Positions 19,281 through 29,272 of a stretch of DNA of 64,000 nucleotides are shown here, one piece after another; the first letter of the stretch is position 1, and each line of letters opens with the position of its first letter. Both the position numbers and the translations under genes were made by a program. The stretch covers positions 29,904 through 93,903 of the forward strand of contig JBAXKK010000001.1 of NCBI GenBank assembly GCA_037137395.1. The letters are read 5' to 3'. The stretch is from Elusimicrobiota bacterium. GTDB taxonomy: Bacteria > Elusimicrobiota > Elusimicrobia > Elusimicrobiales > UBA9959. Below the pieces are notes generated by a model. That model did no database searches. It was not told the DNA's origin and saw only the letters and a list, made by a program, of their open reading frames with translations.

Positions 19281-20251
19281 CCGCTACAAGCACGGAAAAA
19301 AAATCCATGCGCGATGTTTTTATCGGTAGCGTTCTTAAAGCTATGGCGTCCAGGCCCGACCTTTATTTCCTCTCTGCTGATTTCGGGGCTCCGCTGTTGG
19401 ATGAGATTAGAACACGCTTTCCCCGCCAATTTATTAATGTCGGCATAGCAGAACAGAACCTCATTAATGTCTCCGCCGGAATGGCTTTTGAGGGTATGAC
19501 TGTTCACGCTTACGCCATTTCTTCATTCCTGGCAACCCGGGCGTTTGAACAAGTTAAGATAAACCTTTCTCTTCACTCTCAGATTCGGAAGTTTAACGTT
19601 AACCTGGTGGGCGTCGGAGCGGGTTTGAGCTATGATATTTCCGGACCCACCCACCATTGCCTCGAGGACATATGTGTCGTGAATTCCCTGCCGGGAATAA
19701 CTTTATTTTCCCCCAGCGACTGGGTTCTTGTGGAAAAATTCCACGATTACGCTTTGAGGCATAAATGCCCCAAATACCTGCGTCTTGACAGCAAGCCGGT
19801 CTCGGCGCTGTACGACAAGCGCCGCGGGGTAAAAATAGCGGATTGTTTTTGCGAATTAGAGAAGGGCAAGGATGTCTGCATTGTTTCCACCGGCTTTATG
19901 ACGCATGTTGCCCTCGACGCTGTTAAGCTTGCCGCAAAAAAAGGTCTGCGGCCGGGACTGATAGATCTCTTTCTGCTGAAACCTCTGAGCGGGCGCGGCC
20001 TGGCCAAGGCGCTTTCCCGCTATAAAAAGGTTATAACTGTTGAGGAAGGTTTTGTCGGCAAGGGCGGCATGGATTCCATCGTGTCGAATCTTATTAATGA
20101 ATACTGCCCGGCCGTTAAAATGAAAGCCCTGGGTTTCAGGGATAGATACGTTTTTGAACGCGGAGACAGGGCGTATCTGCATAAACTTTACGGGATAGAT
20201 GCCGGCAGTATCTCCGGGTTGGTTTCGCGCCTCGCGGGGGGCGGCAAATGA
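19277..20251 (+). CDS. Transketolase-like, C-terminal subunit
   Basis: NVGIAEQN, GPTHH..ED, TVEE; ATGA overlap with the previous gene. Confidence 0.92.
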   Translation: MTATSTEKKSMRDVFIGSVLKAMASRPDLYFLSADFGAPLLDEIRTRFPRQFINVGIAEQNLINVSAGMAFEGMTVHAYAISSFLATRAFEQVKINLSLHSQIRKFNVNLVGVGAGLSYDISGPTHHCLEDICVVNSLPGITLFSPSDWVLVEKFHDYALRHKCPKYLRLDSKPVSALYDKRRGVKIADCFCELEKGKDVCIVSTGFMTHVALDAVKLAAKKGLRPGLIDLFLLKPLSGRGLAKALSRYKKVITVEEGFVGKGGMDSIVSNLINEYCPAVKMKALGFRDRYVFERGDRAYLHKLYGIDAGSISGLVSRLAGGGK

Positions 20252-21732
20252 ACGGACAGGCCGTGGATCTGCTTATAGTCAAACCTGGAAGCGGTAGAAA
20301 GCAATACGGAGCCTTCAGTTCTACGCTGTCCGCCGTAGAGCCGCCGCTGTGGGGAATAATGCTCGCGGCCTGCGCGCGGGAAAAGGGCTTTTCCGTGCGG
20401 GTTTTAGACGCCGAGGCCGAGAATATAACTCCGGAAGAAGCGGTTGAGATAATTGTTTCCCTTAAACCTGTCCTGTGCGGAATTATCGCGGCAGGATCCA
20501 ATCTTTCAGCCTCTACGCAGGCCATGCCTGGAGCCGGACAGTTGCTGGGTCTGCTAAAATCCATCGCTCCGGAAATTAAAACTTTTATTTGGGGCCTTCA
20601 TCCTTCGGCTTTGCCGGAACGGACACTGGAAGAGGAAAAAGTGGATTTTCTAATTCAGGGGGAAGGGTTTTCCGAAGTTCCGGAACTTTTATCCCGGCTT
20701 AAATCAGACTCGGGTTGCTTAAAGTACGATATCTCTGGCATATGGTTTAAAGAGGGCGCTCAGGTTCGTTCAAATCCCAGGGCGGAACTTGAGGCAAACC
20801 TTGATAAACTGCCGATGGCGGCATGGGACCTCCTGCCGATGTCTAAATACCGCGCGCACAACTGGCATTGCTTTGACGACCTTGATAAAAGATCTCCGTA
20901 CGCCGTCATATACACAAGCCTCGGATGCCCGTATAATTGCCATTTTTGCGCCCTTAAGGCGCTGTTCGGGAAGCCGCAGGTTCGCTATCGGAGCCCGGAA
21001 AGCGTGATAGCTGAAATAGATGTGCTGGTTAATCATTACGGGGTGCGGAATATAAAAATCCTGGATGAATGCTTTGTGTTAAATGCGGCGCATGTCGGGA
21101 AGATCTGTGAGCTTATTATAGCGCGGAAATACGATCTGAATATCTGGGCCTATGCCAGGGTGGATACCGTAAATCCGGATTTGCTGTCTAAACTTAAACA
21201 GGCCGGGGTTAATTGGCTTGCGCTAGGGATAGAATCCGGAAGCAAGAAAGTACGAGACAGTGAAAAACAGCGCAACTACGGACAGGAAAAAATATTTGAG
21301 GCTATTAATCAGATACATGGCGCAGGTATTCATGTGTGTGCCAACTTTATTTTCGGCCTTCCCGAAGATACAAATGAAACCATGGCGGAAACATTTGAAA
21401 TGGCGTCGGAATTGAACTGCGAATACACCAATTTTTATGTGGCGATAGCGTACCCTGGCTCGGACCTTTATAATGAAGCTCTTGCGAACAATATCCCGCT
21501 GCCTGAAACATGGCTTGGCTACGCGCAGTTCAGCGAAGATACTTTGCCTTTGCCTACCCGGCACATTTCCAGTGCTGAGGTTCTGGCCTTCCGCGATAAG
21601 GCTTTTTCGGACTATCACGGCAGCGTTAAATATCTTGAGATGATAAAGGATAAATTCGGCGGGAAAACGGTGGAGCATATAACGGAAATGCTAAAACTGA
21701 AAATAAAGCGCAAGTACGGGGAGAAAGTATGA
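20248..21732 (+). CDS. Cobalamin-dependent radical SAM enzyme (class B methyltransferase-like)
   Basis: EPPLW B12-binding domain, CPYNCHFC, GIESG, NFIFGLP. Confidence 0.93.
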   Translation: MNGQAVDLLIVKPGSGRKQYGAFSSTLSAVEPPLWGIMLAACAREKGFSVRVLDAEAENITPEEAVEIIVSLKPVLCGIIAAGSNLSASTQAMPGAGQLLGLLKSIAPEIKTFIWGLHPSALPERTLEEEKVDFLIQGEGFSEVPELLSRLKSDSGCLKYDISGIWFKEGAQVRSNPRAELEANLDKLPMAAWDLLPMSKYRAHNWHCFDDLDKRSPYAVIYTSLGCPYNCHFCALKALFGKPQVRYRSPESVIAEIDVLVNHYGVRNIKILDECFVLNAAHVGKICELIIARKYDLNIWAYARVDTVNPDLLSKLKQAGVNWLALGIESGSKKVRDSEKQRNYGQEKIFEAINQIHGAGIHVCANFIFGLPEDTNETMAETFEMASELNCEYTNFYVAIAYPGSDLYNEALANNIPLPETWLGYAQFSEDTLPLPTRHISSAEVLAFRDKAFSDYHGSVKYLEMIKDKFGGKTVEHITEMLKLKIKRKYGEKV

Positions 21733-22712
21733 TAATAAGCAAGACGCCGTATCGGATCTCGTTTTTCGGCGGAGGAACGGATTATCCCTGCTGGTACAAT
21801 GAGAATAAGGGACAGGTGCTTACCACATCCATTGATAAGTACTGTTATATTACCTGCCGGCCTTTGCCACCATTTTTCAAGCACAAACACCGGATAGTGT
21901 ATTCAAAAATAGAAGATGTGCGGAGCATTTCAGAAATACAGCATCCTTCGGTCAGGGCCTGCATGCAGTTTATGCGCATAACAGAAGGTCTTGAAATACA
22001 CCATGACGGCGATTTGCCGGCCCGCTCGGGGCTCGGTTCCAGTTCAGCTTTTACAGTGGGGCTTCTCAACGCGCTTTATGCCTTAAAAGGGAAAATTGTT
22101 TCTCCCGCACAGCTTGCCTCCGATGCTATACATGTGGAGCAGGAGCTGCTCAGAGAAAATGTGGGGTCTCAGGACCAGGTTATTGCCGCCCACGGGGGGT
22201 GCAATATCGTGACTTTTGGAGAAAAGAACCACCTCCAGGTCCGTCCGCTTACACTGTCCACTGCCCGGCTGGAAGAGCTTCAGAGTTGTCTGATGCTCTT
22301 TTACACCGGAATAGTTCGCACCGCCTCCGATATAGCCGGTGCGCAGATAAAAAAAACGCCAGCGCGCGGAAAAGAGCTTTCGGCGATGTACGATATGGTG
22401 GACCGTGCCGTGAAAATTATAGGCGGCAGGACGGATATTTCCGAATTCGGCAGGCTGATGAATGAGAACTGGAAGATAAAAAGAAGCCTTACTGATAAAA
22501 TAACCAGCCCGGTTATAGACGAGGTATATTCTTCCGCGATGAAAAGCGGGGCTCTCGGCGGGAAAATTCTGGGCGCCGGTGGCGGCGGGTTCATGCTGCT
22601 TTTTGCCGAGCCTGGCGTGCAGCCTAAAATACGGGCGGCGCTTAAAAAACTACTGCATGTTCCGTTTAAATTTGATTATTCAGGCAGCTCGATAATATTT
22701 TACCGGCCATGA
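21729..22712 (+). CDS. hddA: GHMP kinase, D-glycero-D-manno-heptose-7-phosphate kinase-like
   Basis: PYRISFFGGGTD, PARSGLGSSS, GSQDQ, GGKILGAGGGGF. Confidence 0.88.
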   Translation: MIISKTPYRISFFGGGTDYPCWYNENKGQVLTTSIDKYCYITCRPLPPFFKHKHRIVYSKIEDVRSISEIQHPSVRACMQFMRITEGLEIHHDGDLPARSGLGSSSAFTVGLLNALYALKGKIVSPAQLASDAIHVEQELLRENVGSQDQVIAAHGGCNIVTFGEKNHLQVRPLTLSTARLEELQSCLMLFYTGIVRTASDIAGAQIKKTPARGKELSAMYDMVDRAVKIIGGRTDISEFGRLMNENWKIKRSLTDKITSPVIDEVYSSAMKSGALGGKILGAGGGGFMLLFAEPGVQPKIRAALKKLLHVPFKFDYSGSSIIFYRP

Positions 22713-23419
22713 GCGACACTGTTATGGATGCTGTGGTTTTGTGCGGCGGAAAGGGAACCAGGCTTAAAAGCGTGGTTCCAGATTTGCCTAAGCCGATGGC
22801 CGCGCTTAATGACAAACCTTTTATTCAGGTGCTGATGGAATACGCCGCCGCTTTCGGGGTTAAAAGATTTATCCTGGCGGCAGGGTACATGGGCGATGTG
22901 ATAGAGAAGTATTTTTCAGATAAGTCGCTTGGTTTTGAAGTAGTTGTTTGCCGCGAAACGGACCCGCTGGACACCGCCGGCGCCCTTAAGAACGCTTCCG
23001 GTTTGATACGGACCGACCAATTTCTGGTTATGAACGGTGACTCCATTTGCCGGATAGACCTGAGGGCTTTCATGGATTTTCATTTTTCAAGGAAGGGACT
23101 GGCCTCGGTCGCTGTGGCCAAAGTTGCCGATGCCGGAAGTTCGGGCTCCGTAACAAAGGATGCCGGTGACAAAATATTATCTTTCAGGGAAAAGGCTGTA
23201 GCCGGGCCCGGTTATGTGAACGCCGGTATCTATATACTGGATAAGACAACGCTGGATACCGTTCCGCCGGGTGTCAGATATTCCATGGAGCGGGATCTTT
23301 TGCCGGCTTTGATAAACGGCGGAGAGGTGTACGGGTATGCTACCGAGAGCCGTCTTTTTGACATAGGCACGCCGGAAGGATATAGGCGCCTTCGCGAAGA
23401 GGGAGAAAAATTAAAATGA
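22709..23419 (+). CDS. hddC: Sugar-1-phosphate nucleotidyltransferase, HddC-like
   Basis: LCGGKGTRL..PKPM, NGD, VNAGIY, DIGTPE; adjacent to the hddA-like kinase. Confidence 0.8.
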   Translation: MSDTVMDAVVLCGGKGTRLKSVVPDLPKPMAALNDKPFIQVLMEYAAAFGVKRFILAAGYMGDVIEKYFSDKSLGFEVVVCRETDPLDTAGALKNASGLIRTDQFLVMNGDSICRIDLRAFMDFHFSRKGLASVAVAKVADAGSSGSVTKDAGDKILSFREKAVAGPGYVNAGIYILDKTTLDTVPPGVRYSMERDLLPALINGGEVYGYATESRLFDIGTPEGYRRLREEGEKLK

Positions 23420-24624
23420 AAATACCATTCGGCACCATCGCCGTCACCAAAAAATCGCGCAGGTTTATAGACGAAGCTCTCGATACGCTCAAACTCTCCA
23501 GCGGCCGGATGGTGCGGGAGTTTGAGTCCGGTTTCGCCGGGCTTATAGGCGTAAAAGAGGCGGTCGCGGTAAGCACCGGAACCGACGCCGATATTCTGGC
23601 TTTGGCGGTGCTTCATGATTTCGGGGCCAAAAGGGGCGACGAGGTTATTATTCCAGCTCTTTCTTTTGTGGCCACCGGCAACGCCGTGCTGCACGCGGGT
23701 TTTAAGCCGGTTTTTGTAGATGTTGAGCGCCATACATTGAATATCAATCCTAAGAAGATAGAGAAGGCTATAACTGCCCGGACCAGGGCTATCATGCCTG
23801 TGCATCTCATGGGTAAACCGGCCGACATGGACGCCATAAACCGGATAGCTAAAAAACACGGCCTTTTTGTTGTCGAGGATGCCGCTGAAGCTCATGGCGC
23901 CGTGTATAAAGGCAGAAATGTGGGAAGCCTGGGTGACATGGCCGCTTACAGCCTTTACATAGCTCACATTATAACCACCATAGAGGGCGGAATTGTTACA
24001 ACCAATCGTCCGGACTTCGCGGAAGTGCTGCGCTCTTTGAGAAGTCATGGCCGCGCATGCAAATGCAAGGTTTGCGTAGTGAATACCTGTAACGCCTATT
24101 GCGAAAAGAGATTTAAGTATGGTGAAGGCTCGGATATCAGGTTTGTTTTTGAGCGCATAGGATATTCCTGCAAGATGAACGAATTGGAGGCCGCGGTGGG
24201 ATTGGGCAGTTTGGACACATATAAAAAAATAATCGACAAGCGCCGTAAGAACCTGCTGGCGATGATCGCTAAGTTCCAAAAATTCGGGCCCTGGCTTACA
24301 ACAATAAAAGAAGAGAAACACGAGCAGATAGGCCCGCACGCGTTTGCTGTTATTCTGGGAGAAAAAGCGCCCTTTTCAAGGAATGATCTCGGTATTTATC
24401 TTGAAAAGAATGGAATAGAAACGCGGCATCTGTTCTCGTCCATGCCTACGCAGTGCCCCGGCTTCGCTTTTTTGAAGCATAAGCTTGGGGATTTCCCCGA
24501 AGCGGAATACATCGGAAATAATGGCCTGCACATCGGAGTGCATCAGGATTTGGGAATGAAGCATGTGAATTATTTTATCGGAAAAGTGGCGGAGTTCTTG
24601 GGCGAAAAAGGCGTAAAGCTGTAA
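23416..24624 (+). CDS. DegT/DnrJ-fold PLP/PMP enzyme, probably an E1(RfbH)/ColD-type sugar 3-dehydratase
   Basis: EDAAEAHG; SLYIAHIITTIEGG has His at the usual PLP-Lys position; Cys-rich insert GRACKCKVC..NTC...C. Confidence 0.85.
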   Translation: MKIPFGTIAVTKKSRRFIDEALDTLKLSSGRMVREFESGFAGLIGVKEAVAVSTGTDADILALAVLHDFGAKRGDEVIIPALSFVATGNAVLHAGFKPVFVDVERHTLNINPKKIEKAITARTRAIMPVHLMGKPADMDAINRIAKKHGLFVVEDAAEAHGAVYKGRNVGSLGDMAAYSLYIAHIITTIEGGIVTTNRPDFAEVLRSLRSHGRACKCKVCVVNTCNAYCEKRFKYGEGSDIRFVFERIGYSCKMNELEAAVGLGSLDTYKKIIDKRRKNLLAMIAKFQKFGPWLTTIKEEKHEQIGPHAFAVILGEKAPFSRNDLGIYLEKNGIETRHLFSSMPTQCPGFAFLKHKLGDFPEAEYIGNNGLHIGVHQDLGMKHVNYFIGKVAEFLGEKGVKL

Positions 24625-24650
24625 AAGTGCGTCAAAAAAAGGAAGTTGCC

Positions 24651-25580
24651 TTATAGCGGTCTTGCTGATATGTTGTTTTTGCCGGTGACCGCGGAGCCGA
24701 AAATATATTTTAGCGAAAGGTTGAAGTATGGCGCCCCGCCTATATTAACCTTCTCATGGTTGTCGGCGTAAGTGGTCCCTCTGTAATAATTACCCTTGAA
24801 AAAATATCCCAGCGCGCCGGCCAGGCGCAAATCCTTACATAGCCGAAAAGACGGTTTAACTGCCGCGGTGTAGCGCTGGTAGTAGAACCGTTCGCTTTTG
24901 TCGGTGCGGCGCGCCAACAGGAACTGGTCCAGCTCGCCGCCGACCTCAAGGTCAGCGTGGAAATCCGGCCAGGCCTGATAGCGCAGGGATGCTTTCAGGT
25001 TTTTGACCGGGAAGTAGGTGAGGCTGAGCGAAGTTTTTTCTGAAAGTTTGAAGCGGTACAGGAAGGGGAAGATCATGAAAAAATCCCCGCTCTGGTAGCG
25101 GTAGATAATAAACGGGATAGGAATATTGCGCGCGAAGCTCCGCTGGGAGGAGTAATTAAGGCCGCCGAGCAGCGAGTGGCCCTTTTTTTCGCTCAGCGTG
25201 AAAGTGTAGGTGAAGTCAAAGTTTATCGTGTCCAAACCATAGAAGGGGATGTCGGAGTTGGAATCAAAACCCATTTTAAAGCTCCGGCCCCCGTTTTCCG
25301 CCATGATTTCCGCGCCGCCCTTATAGAGTTCGCCGGGGGCGGAGAGTGTGTCCGTAACCGACAGGCGCGAGAAGTTGGCCGCGGACCTGAAGGTGTAATT
25401 CCCGGCTTTGCCCAGAGGCAGTTCCAGCTTGGAGAAAACCTCGCTGGTCCGGAACCCGGCAGGTTCGCTCAGCTGGAACCCTGATTCTACCGAAGGACCG
25501 GTTGCGAGGGGCGGTCTTTGGGCCTGCGCGGCGGGCGTAAGGAGGACTGACAGCAGACATGGCAGGAAAAGATATTTCAT
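24651..25580 (-). CDS. Probable outer-membrane beta-barrel protein
   Basis: Signal peptide, alternating aromatic beta-strands, near-terminal YFNLSLKYIF. Confidence 0.6.
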   Translation of the reverse strand: MKYLFLPCLLSVLLTPAAQAQRPPLATGPSVESGFQLSEPAGFRTSEVFSKLELPLGKAGNYTFRSAANFSRLSVTDTLSAPGELYKGGAEIMAENGGRSFKMGFDSNSDIPFYGLDTINFDFTYTFTLSEKKGHSLLGGLNYSSQRSFARNIPIPFIIYRYQSGDFFMIFPFLYRFKLSEKTSLSLTYFPVKNLKASLRYQAWPDFHADLEVGGELDQFLLARRTDKSERFYYQRYTAAVKPSFRLCKDLRLAGALGYFFKGNYYRGTTYADNHEKVNIGGAPYFNLSLKYIFGSAVTGKNNISARPL

Positions 25581-26335
25581 TTATTTGATTTAAGAACCAG
25601 CAGAGTCTCAATGCCGTCCCGTGCGATAAGATACAGGCTCCAGAATATAATCGCGGAGCCGGTCAGGAATATGGCTTTAGCCGTGGCTGGAGTATGGGCT
25701 ATAAGGTGCGTTACCGTGAGCAGGTAAGTCCAATCGTGCTCTCCGCCGCCGACCAGCGGTAGGGCTTGGTTTATCGCGTCGCCAGCGTAAATGCTGATAT
25801 TTAACAGGCTTTCACCGAACCAAAATACGCAGAGCTGCCAGCCGGTACGGTTATCCTGACGCCATAGATGGACCGCGCAAACCGCGGGTATTATCAGTTG
25901 GAATATGGTTCCGCCCAGCATCATGATGAAGCGGCCGAAGAATCCCAGGAACAGATGTCCTGCTTCATGGAAAGCCAGGTTTATGAAATCCAGAAATGAA
26001 AAATAGTTCTCTTTTCTTATCCATTGAAGATAAAAAATGAACAGTCCGGCGACCAGCGCGAAACGGCCCCAGGATGCTAAGCATGAAGGACTTAAGATTC
26101 CGGATTCAAGATTGCGGATTGGGTGAGATTCCTTTTCAGTCTTGAATCCTTGATCTGGAATCTTAATTCCCGCATCTTGAATCTTGGATCCTGAATCTTG
26201 GCTCTCAAATCTTGAATCTTCAATCTTGGTTCTTAAATTTTTATAGCAGGCCCAGCAGAACTCACTTTCCTGGAAATTTGCTTCGCCGCAATAAGGGCAT
26301 TTTGGTTTTTCAACCCGGGCCGCTGTATCTGTCAT
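25577..26335 (-). CDS. Zinc-ribbon plus membrane HExxH (M50-like) protein carrying an in-frame heptamer-repeat insert
   Basis: CPYCG..N.....FCWAC; FHEAGH, GGT..Q and HDW motifs. Confidence 0.8.
   Translation of the reverse strand: MTDTAARVEKPKCPYCGEANFQESEFCWACYKNLRTKIEDSRFESQDSGSKIQDAGIKIPDQGFKTEKESHPIRNLESGILSPSCLASWGRFALVAGLFIFYLQWIRKENYFSFLDFINLAFHEAGHLFLGFFGRFIMMLGGTIFQLIIPAVCAVHLWRQDNRTGWQLCVFWFGESLLNISIYAGDAINQALPLVGGGEHDWTYLLTVTHLIAHTPATAKAIFLTGSAIIFWSLYLIARDGIETLLVLKSNK
26088..26227. repeat. Heptamer-periodic inverted-arm element (AAGATTC / GAATCTT) inside a CDS
   Basis: On the minus strand ~13 AAGATTC-like units (26227-26137) are followed by ~5 AATCTTG-like units (26130-26088). 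Confidence 0.85.
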
Positions 26336-26473
26336 ATGTAAATTATATAAAAGCCGCGGCGTAAAATATTGAAGCTCAAGCCGGAATATAATGATATGGA
26401 TCTGCCATCGTCGGGGGAATGGTTATAAGCAGAGAAGGCTTGTGCGTGAAGGCTTCGGGGACAGAGCGCGGGG

Positions 26474-27433
26474 TCAGACCTTTACGGACTGAATAAGCGC
26501 CCCGGAAACCGTTAAATCATCTTCAGACAAATGCCTGAATTTGCGCGACAGTTGCCCGGTCTTAAGGCGGGACGCGGATAGAACTTTTTGCACCGATATG
26601 ATTTTGAAGCCAGCTTCTTTTTGAAGGGCGATATGCGCTGATAGTGGCTCACGATTTATTAAATATGGTTTTCTGCCTTTTATCAATTTCCACATAAGGG
26701 CGGAATATCCCCAATGGCCGTTCCAGTCAGCTGCGGTGCCGTGGCTGCGGAAATCTATCTGGTGCGACATAAAGCCGCCAGGCTTAAGCCATTTGTAAAG
26801 ATTGCCATAGATTTCGCCAAGGGGCTCCGCATGCTCCATCACGGCCTGCGTGTATATCATGTCAACCGCTGACAGCTTTATGTTGCCCGCGTCATTCCAG
26901 GGCGCGAAGTAGTGTATCTGCCGGGTTTGAGACAGGTGTTCCTGGCCCAGGCTGATAAGGTCTGCACGCAGTTGCGCGATGCGCTCCGGGGCCAGCGCTT
27001 TTTTGAGAAGTTCTTCTGAAAGTATATGCCTGGGGAAAGCGTAGGATTTTAATATTGGTTTTATCTGGGGGAATTCATTCTCGTCCGGTATGGGCGCCCT
27101 AGCCTGGAAGAGGCCGACAAGCTCGTCAAAAGTTTCAAGATTACGGTTATCGCGGCAGTATCTGACGATATCCAATCCGTAGTACGTATAAGCTCCTGAA
27201 ATAAGCCCTGCAAGCCCTGTCCCCAGCGAGTTTCCAGGCCCCAGTTCTGCAATAGTTTGCGGAAAAACAGGAATTAGTCCGCTTTCATGAGCGGCCAGCA
27301 GATGCCGCAGCCAGACGCTATAGCAATACCTCGCGTTCGCGTAAGATATGTTTTTTTTCGCCAGCAGATAATGCGCGATCTGCGAGCCCGGCAGCAGGCT
27401 TAAAATCCCGGTAATCAAAGGTCGTATGAGCAT
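26474..27433 (-). CDS. Class I SAM-dependent methyltransferase
   Basis: AELGPG motif I; DMIYTQAVMEH; LKPGG..SHQIDF..H. Confidence 0.85.
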   Translation of the reverse strand: MLIRPLITGILSLLPGSQIAHYLLAKKNISYANARYCYSVWLRHLLAAHESGLIPVFPQTIAELGPGNSLGTGLAGLISGAYTYYGLDIVRYCRDNRNLETFDELVGLFQARAPIPDENEFPQIKPILKSYAFPRHILSEELLKKALAPERIAQLRADLISLGQEHLSQTRQIHYFAPWNDAGNIKLSAVDMIYTQAVMEHAEPLGEIYGNLYKWLKPGGFMSHQIDFRSHGTAADWNGHWGYSALMWKLIKGRKPYLINREPLSAHIALQKEAGFKIISVQKVLSASRLKTGQLSRKFRHLSEDDLTVSGALIQSVKV

Positions 27434-27556
27434 AAATGGGTCTATTGTCCGCTCCGTCTATACAAGTATGATTATATAAAAGTTGCGGTGTAAATATCAG
27501 TTACAGGTTTACCCGAGGTTATTCAAAACTTGGTTAAGATTTTGTAACATTCAACT

Positions 27557-28309
27557 ATGCCTGATAGAAATCCCGGAACGATCAAGTTTAAAAAAATGAT
27601 AAACAGGCAGCGGATATCTCCCCGCCTTTGGGACTATTCCTGCCCGGTTATGAAGTCGCATCTTTCTGCTTTCCTTTTTTTCAGGGACCTTGTGCTCAAC
27701 GAGGGGCGGGCGCGGGTGCTTGATATTGGCTGCGGATTTAAACCCTGGCTGGAACTTTTTCCAAAGGGGCGGTTGGAATACGTGGGGATAGACTTTGATC
27801 TTGAGCGCTCTGACGCTGATGTAGCCGGTTCTGCGGAAGCGCTGCCGTTTGGTGAAGGGGAATTTGACGCTGTTATCTGTTCTGAAGTGCTGGAACATGT
27901 GGCTGATGTGCAAAAAGCCCTGGCCGAACTGAGAAGAGTCTCTAAGAACGGGGCGCTTGTTTATATAACTTCACCGTTCATGTTTCCGAATCACGGCGTC
28001 CCGCACGACTATCAGCGGTTTACCAGATATTTTTATCTCAGCGCTTTTTCCGCTGACGAAGTTCTTTGGCTAAAGGAAACAAATTCTTCAGCCGCCACCA
28101 TGTTTTTAATGCCTAATTTTTTTCTGGAAAGCTCGCCTTTCTGGGCCATGAAAGGGGTTAAATCCATTTGCTATGCTTTAATGAATTCTCTGGCGTGGCT
28201 GGCCGATAGGGCGACTGAAGCGGCGATCCGGCTGCTGGGTTCGAGATTTAGAGAGTCTTTCTATCGTATGCCGGCGGGATATTCCCTGGTGATCAGATTG
28301 AAAAAATAG
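27557..28309 (+). CDS. Class I SAM-dependent methyltransferase (Methyltransf_11)
   Basis: VLDIGCG, FDAVICSEVLEHV, HGVPHDYQRFT. Confidence 0.9.
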   Translation: MPDRNPGTIKFKKMINRQRISPRLWDYSCPVMKSHLSAFLFFRDLVLNEGRARVLDIGCGFKPWLELFPKGRLEYVGIDFDLERSDADVAGSAEALPFGEGEFDAVICSEVLEHVADVQKALAELRRVSKNGALVYITSPFMFPNHGVPHDYQRFTRYFYLSAFSADEVLWLKETNSSAATMFLMPNFFLESSPFWAMKGVKSICYALMNSLAWLADRATEAAIRLLGSRFRESFYRMPAGYSLVIRLKK

Positions 28310-28349
28310 CATTTTCACGGAACTGCCATTTCCCCCTGTTTTTTTGGCG

Positions 28350-29246
28350 TCATCCCTTATTCACTAGGTCCGAAAAAAGTGTGGAACTCATGTAAGGCAG
28401 CAGTTCGTGGCTGTTGAGCTCTTCGCGCAGGATGAGAACGCCGCCCTGCTTCTGAAGCGCCAGGTACGCTTCTCCATCCCTATATTTTTCATGATTCTGC
28501 GAGATGAATATCCAGCCGGAGTCTTTAAGATTTTTGGAAAGGTTCTCCATGGCCAGTTTTGCCTCTTGCGGGGAAAAATAAACGCTATTAAGCACATTCG
28601 CGCATTTGATGATATCGGCCTTAAAGTTTAGAGTGCCGGAAAAAACATCAAACTGTTGTATTCCGGCCGCGCCTAGTTTTTCGCTGATGAGAGGGTTCAG
28701 AAGAGATATTTGCCCCGCGGTTGCCGGCGCGGCGCCGGTTTTTACGCCCGTGCAGATATAGAAGAAGAGGAATTTGAACGAAAGACAGAAGTCTTCCTTG
28801 TTGTAGAAGATTCGGGCCGGTCCGAAATCCTTGTAGAGAAAAGAGATCTGGATATCGGTCAATATCACTTTCTTGTTCCCGGCATTAGCCAGGAGGCCGA
28901 AGGCCGATATGCCGTCCGAGACCCCGGTTTCGCATATGATATCTCCGGCTTTAGACTTAGAGAGGATGGCGCGATCTGTAAGCGGGCTGCGCCCGGCCGC
29001 AGTTGTCTTATAGGAGGGGCCGCTTCGAAAAAGGGTCATTACTTCCGAGAAAAGGGAGCTTTTTTTATCCAGAGGAAGCGCCGATAGGCGGATGTTTTCC
29101 AGTATATCCGGGCTGAATTTTATACGCAGGGCGATCAAAAGGGGTCTCAGGACCGGGTTTTTCAGCGCGGACAGATAAAACCTGAGAAAGCGCGCATTGT
29201 CCACGCAAAATCCGCTTCTGAAGATGAGTTTTTTAATTTCCAGCAT
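28350..29246 (-). CDS. Hypothetical protein with a methyltransferase-like fold
   Basis: ETGVSDG (motif I-like) and ADIIKCANVLN..YF...LKDSG (resembles CheR-type motifs II/III). Confidence 0.6.
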   Translation of the reverse strand: MLEIKKLIFRSGFCVDNARFLRFYLSALKNPVLRPLLIALRIKFSPDILENIRLSALPLDKKSSLFSEVMTLFRSGPSYKTTAAGRSPLTDRAILSKSKAGDIICETGVSDGISAFGLLANAGNKKVILTDIQISFLYKDFGPARIFYNKEDFCLSFKFLFFYICTGVKTGAAPATAGQISLLNPLISEKLGAAGIQQFDVFSGTLNFKADIIKCANVLNSVYFSPQEAKLAMENLSKNLKDSGWIFISQNHEKYRDGEAYLALQKQGGVLILREELNSHELLPYMSSTLFSDLVNKG

Positions 29247-29272
29247 ATTTTTACGCCGCGTCAGCGTGCTAA

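Noticed and set aside
23230-24339. 369-aa antisense ORF
   Set aside because: It shadows the PLP enzyme and nucleotidyltransferase genes.
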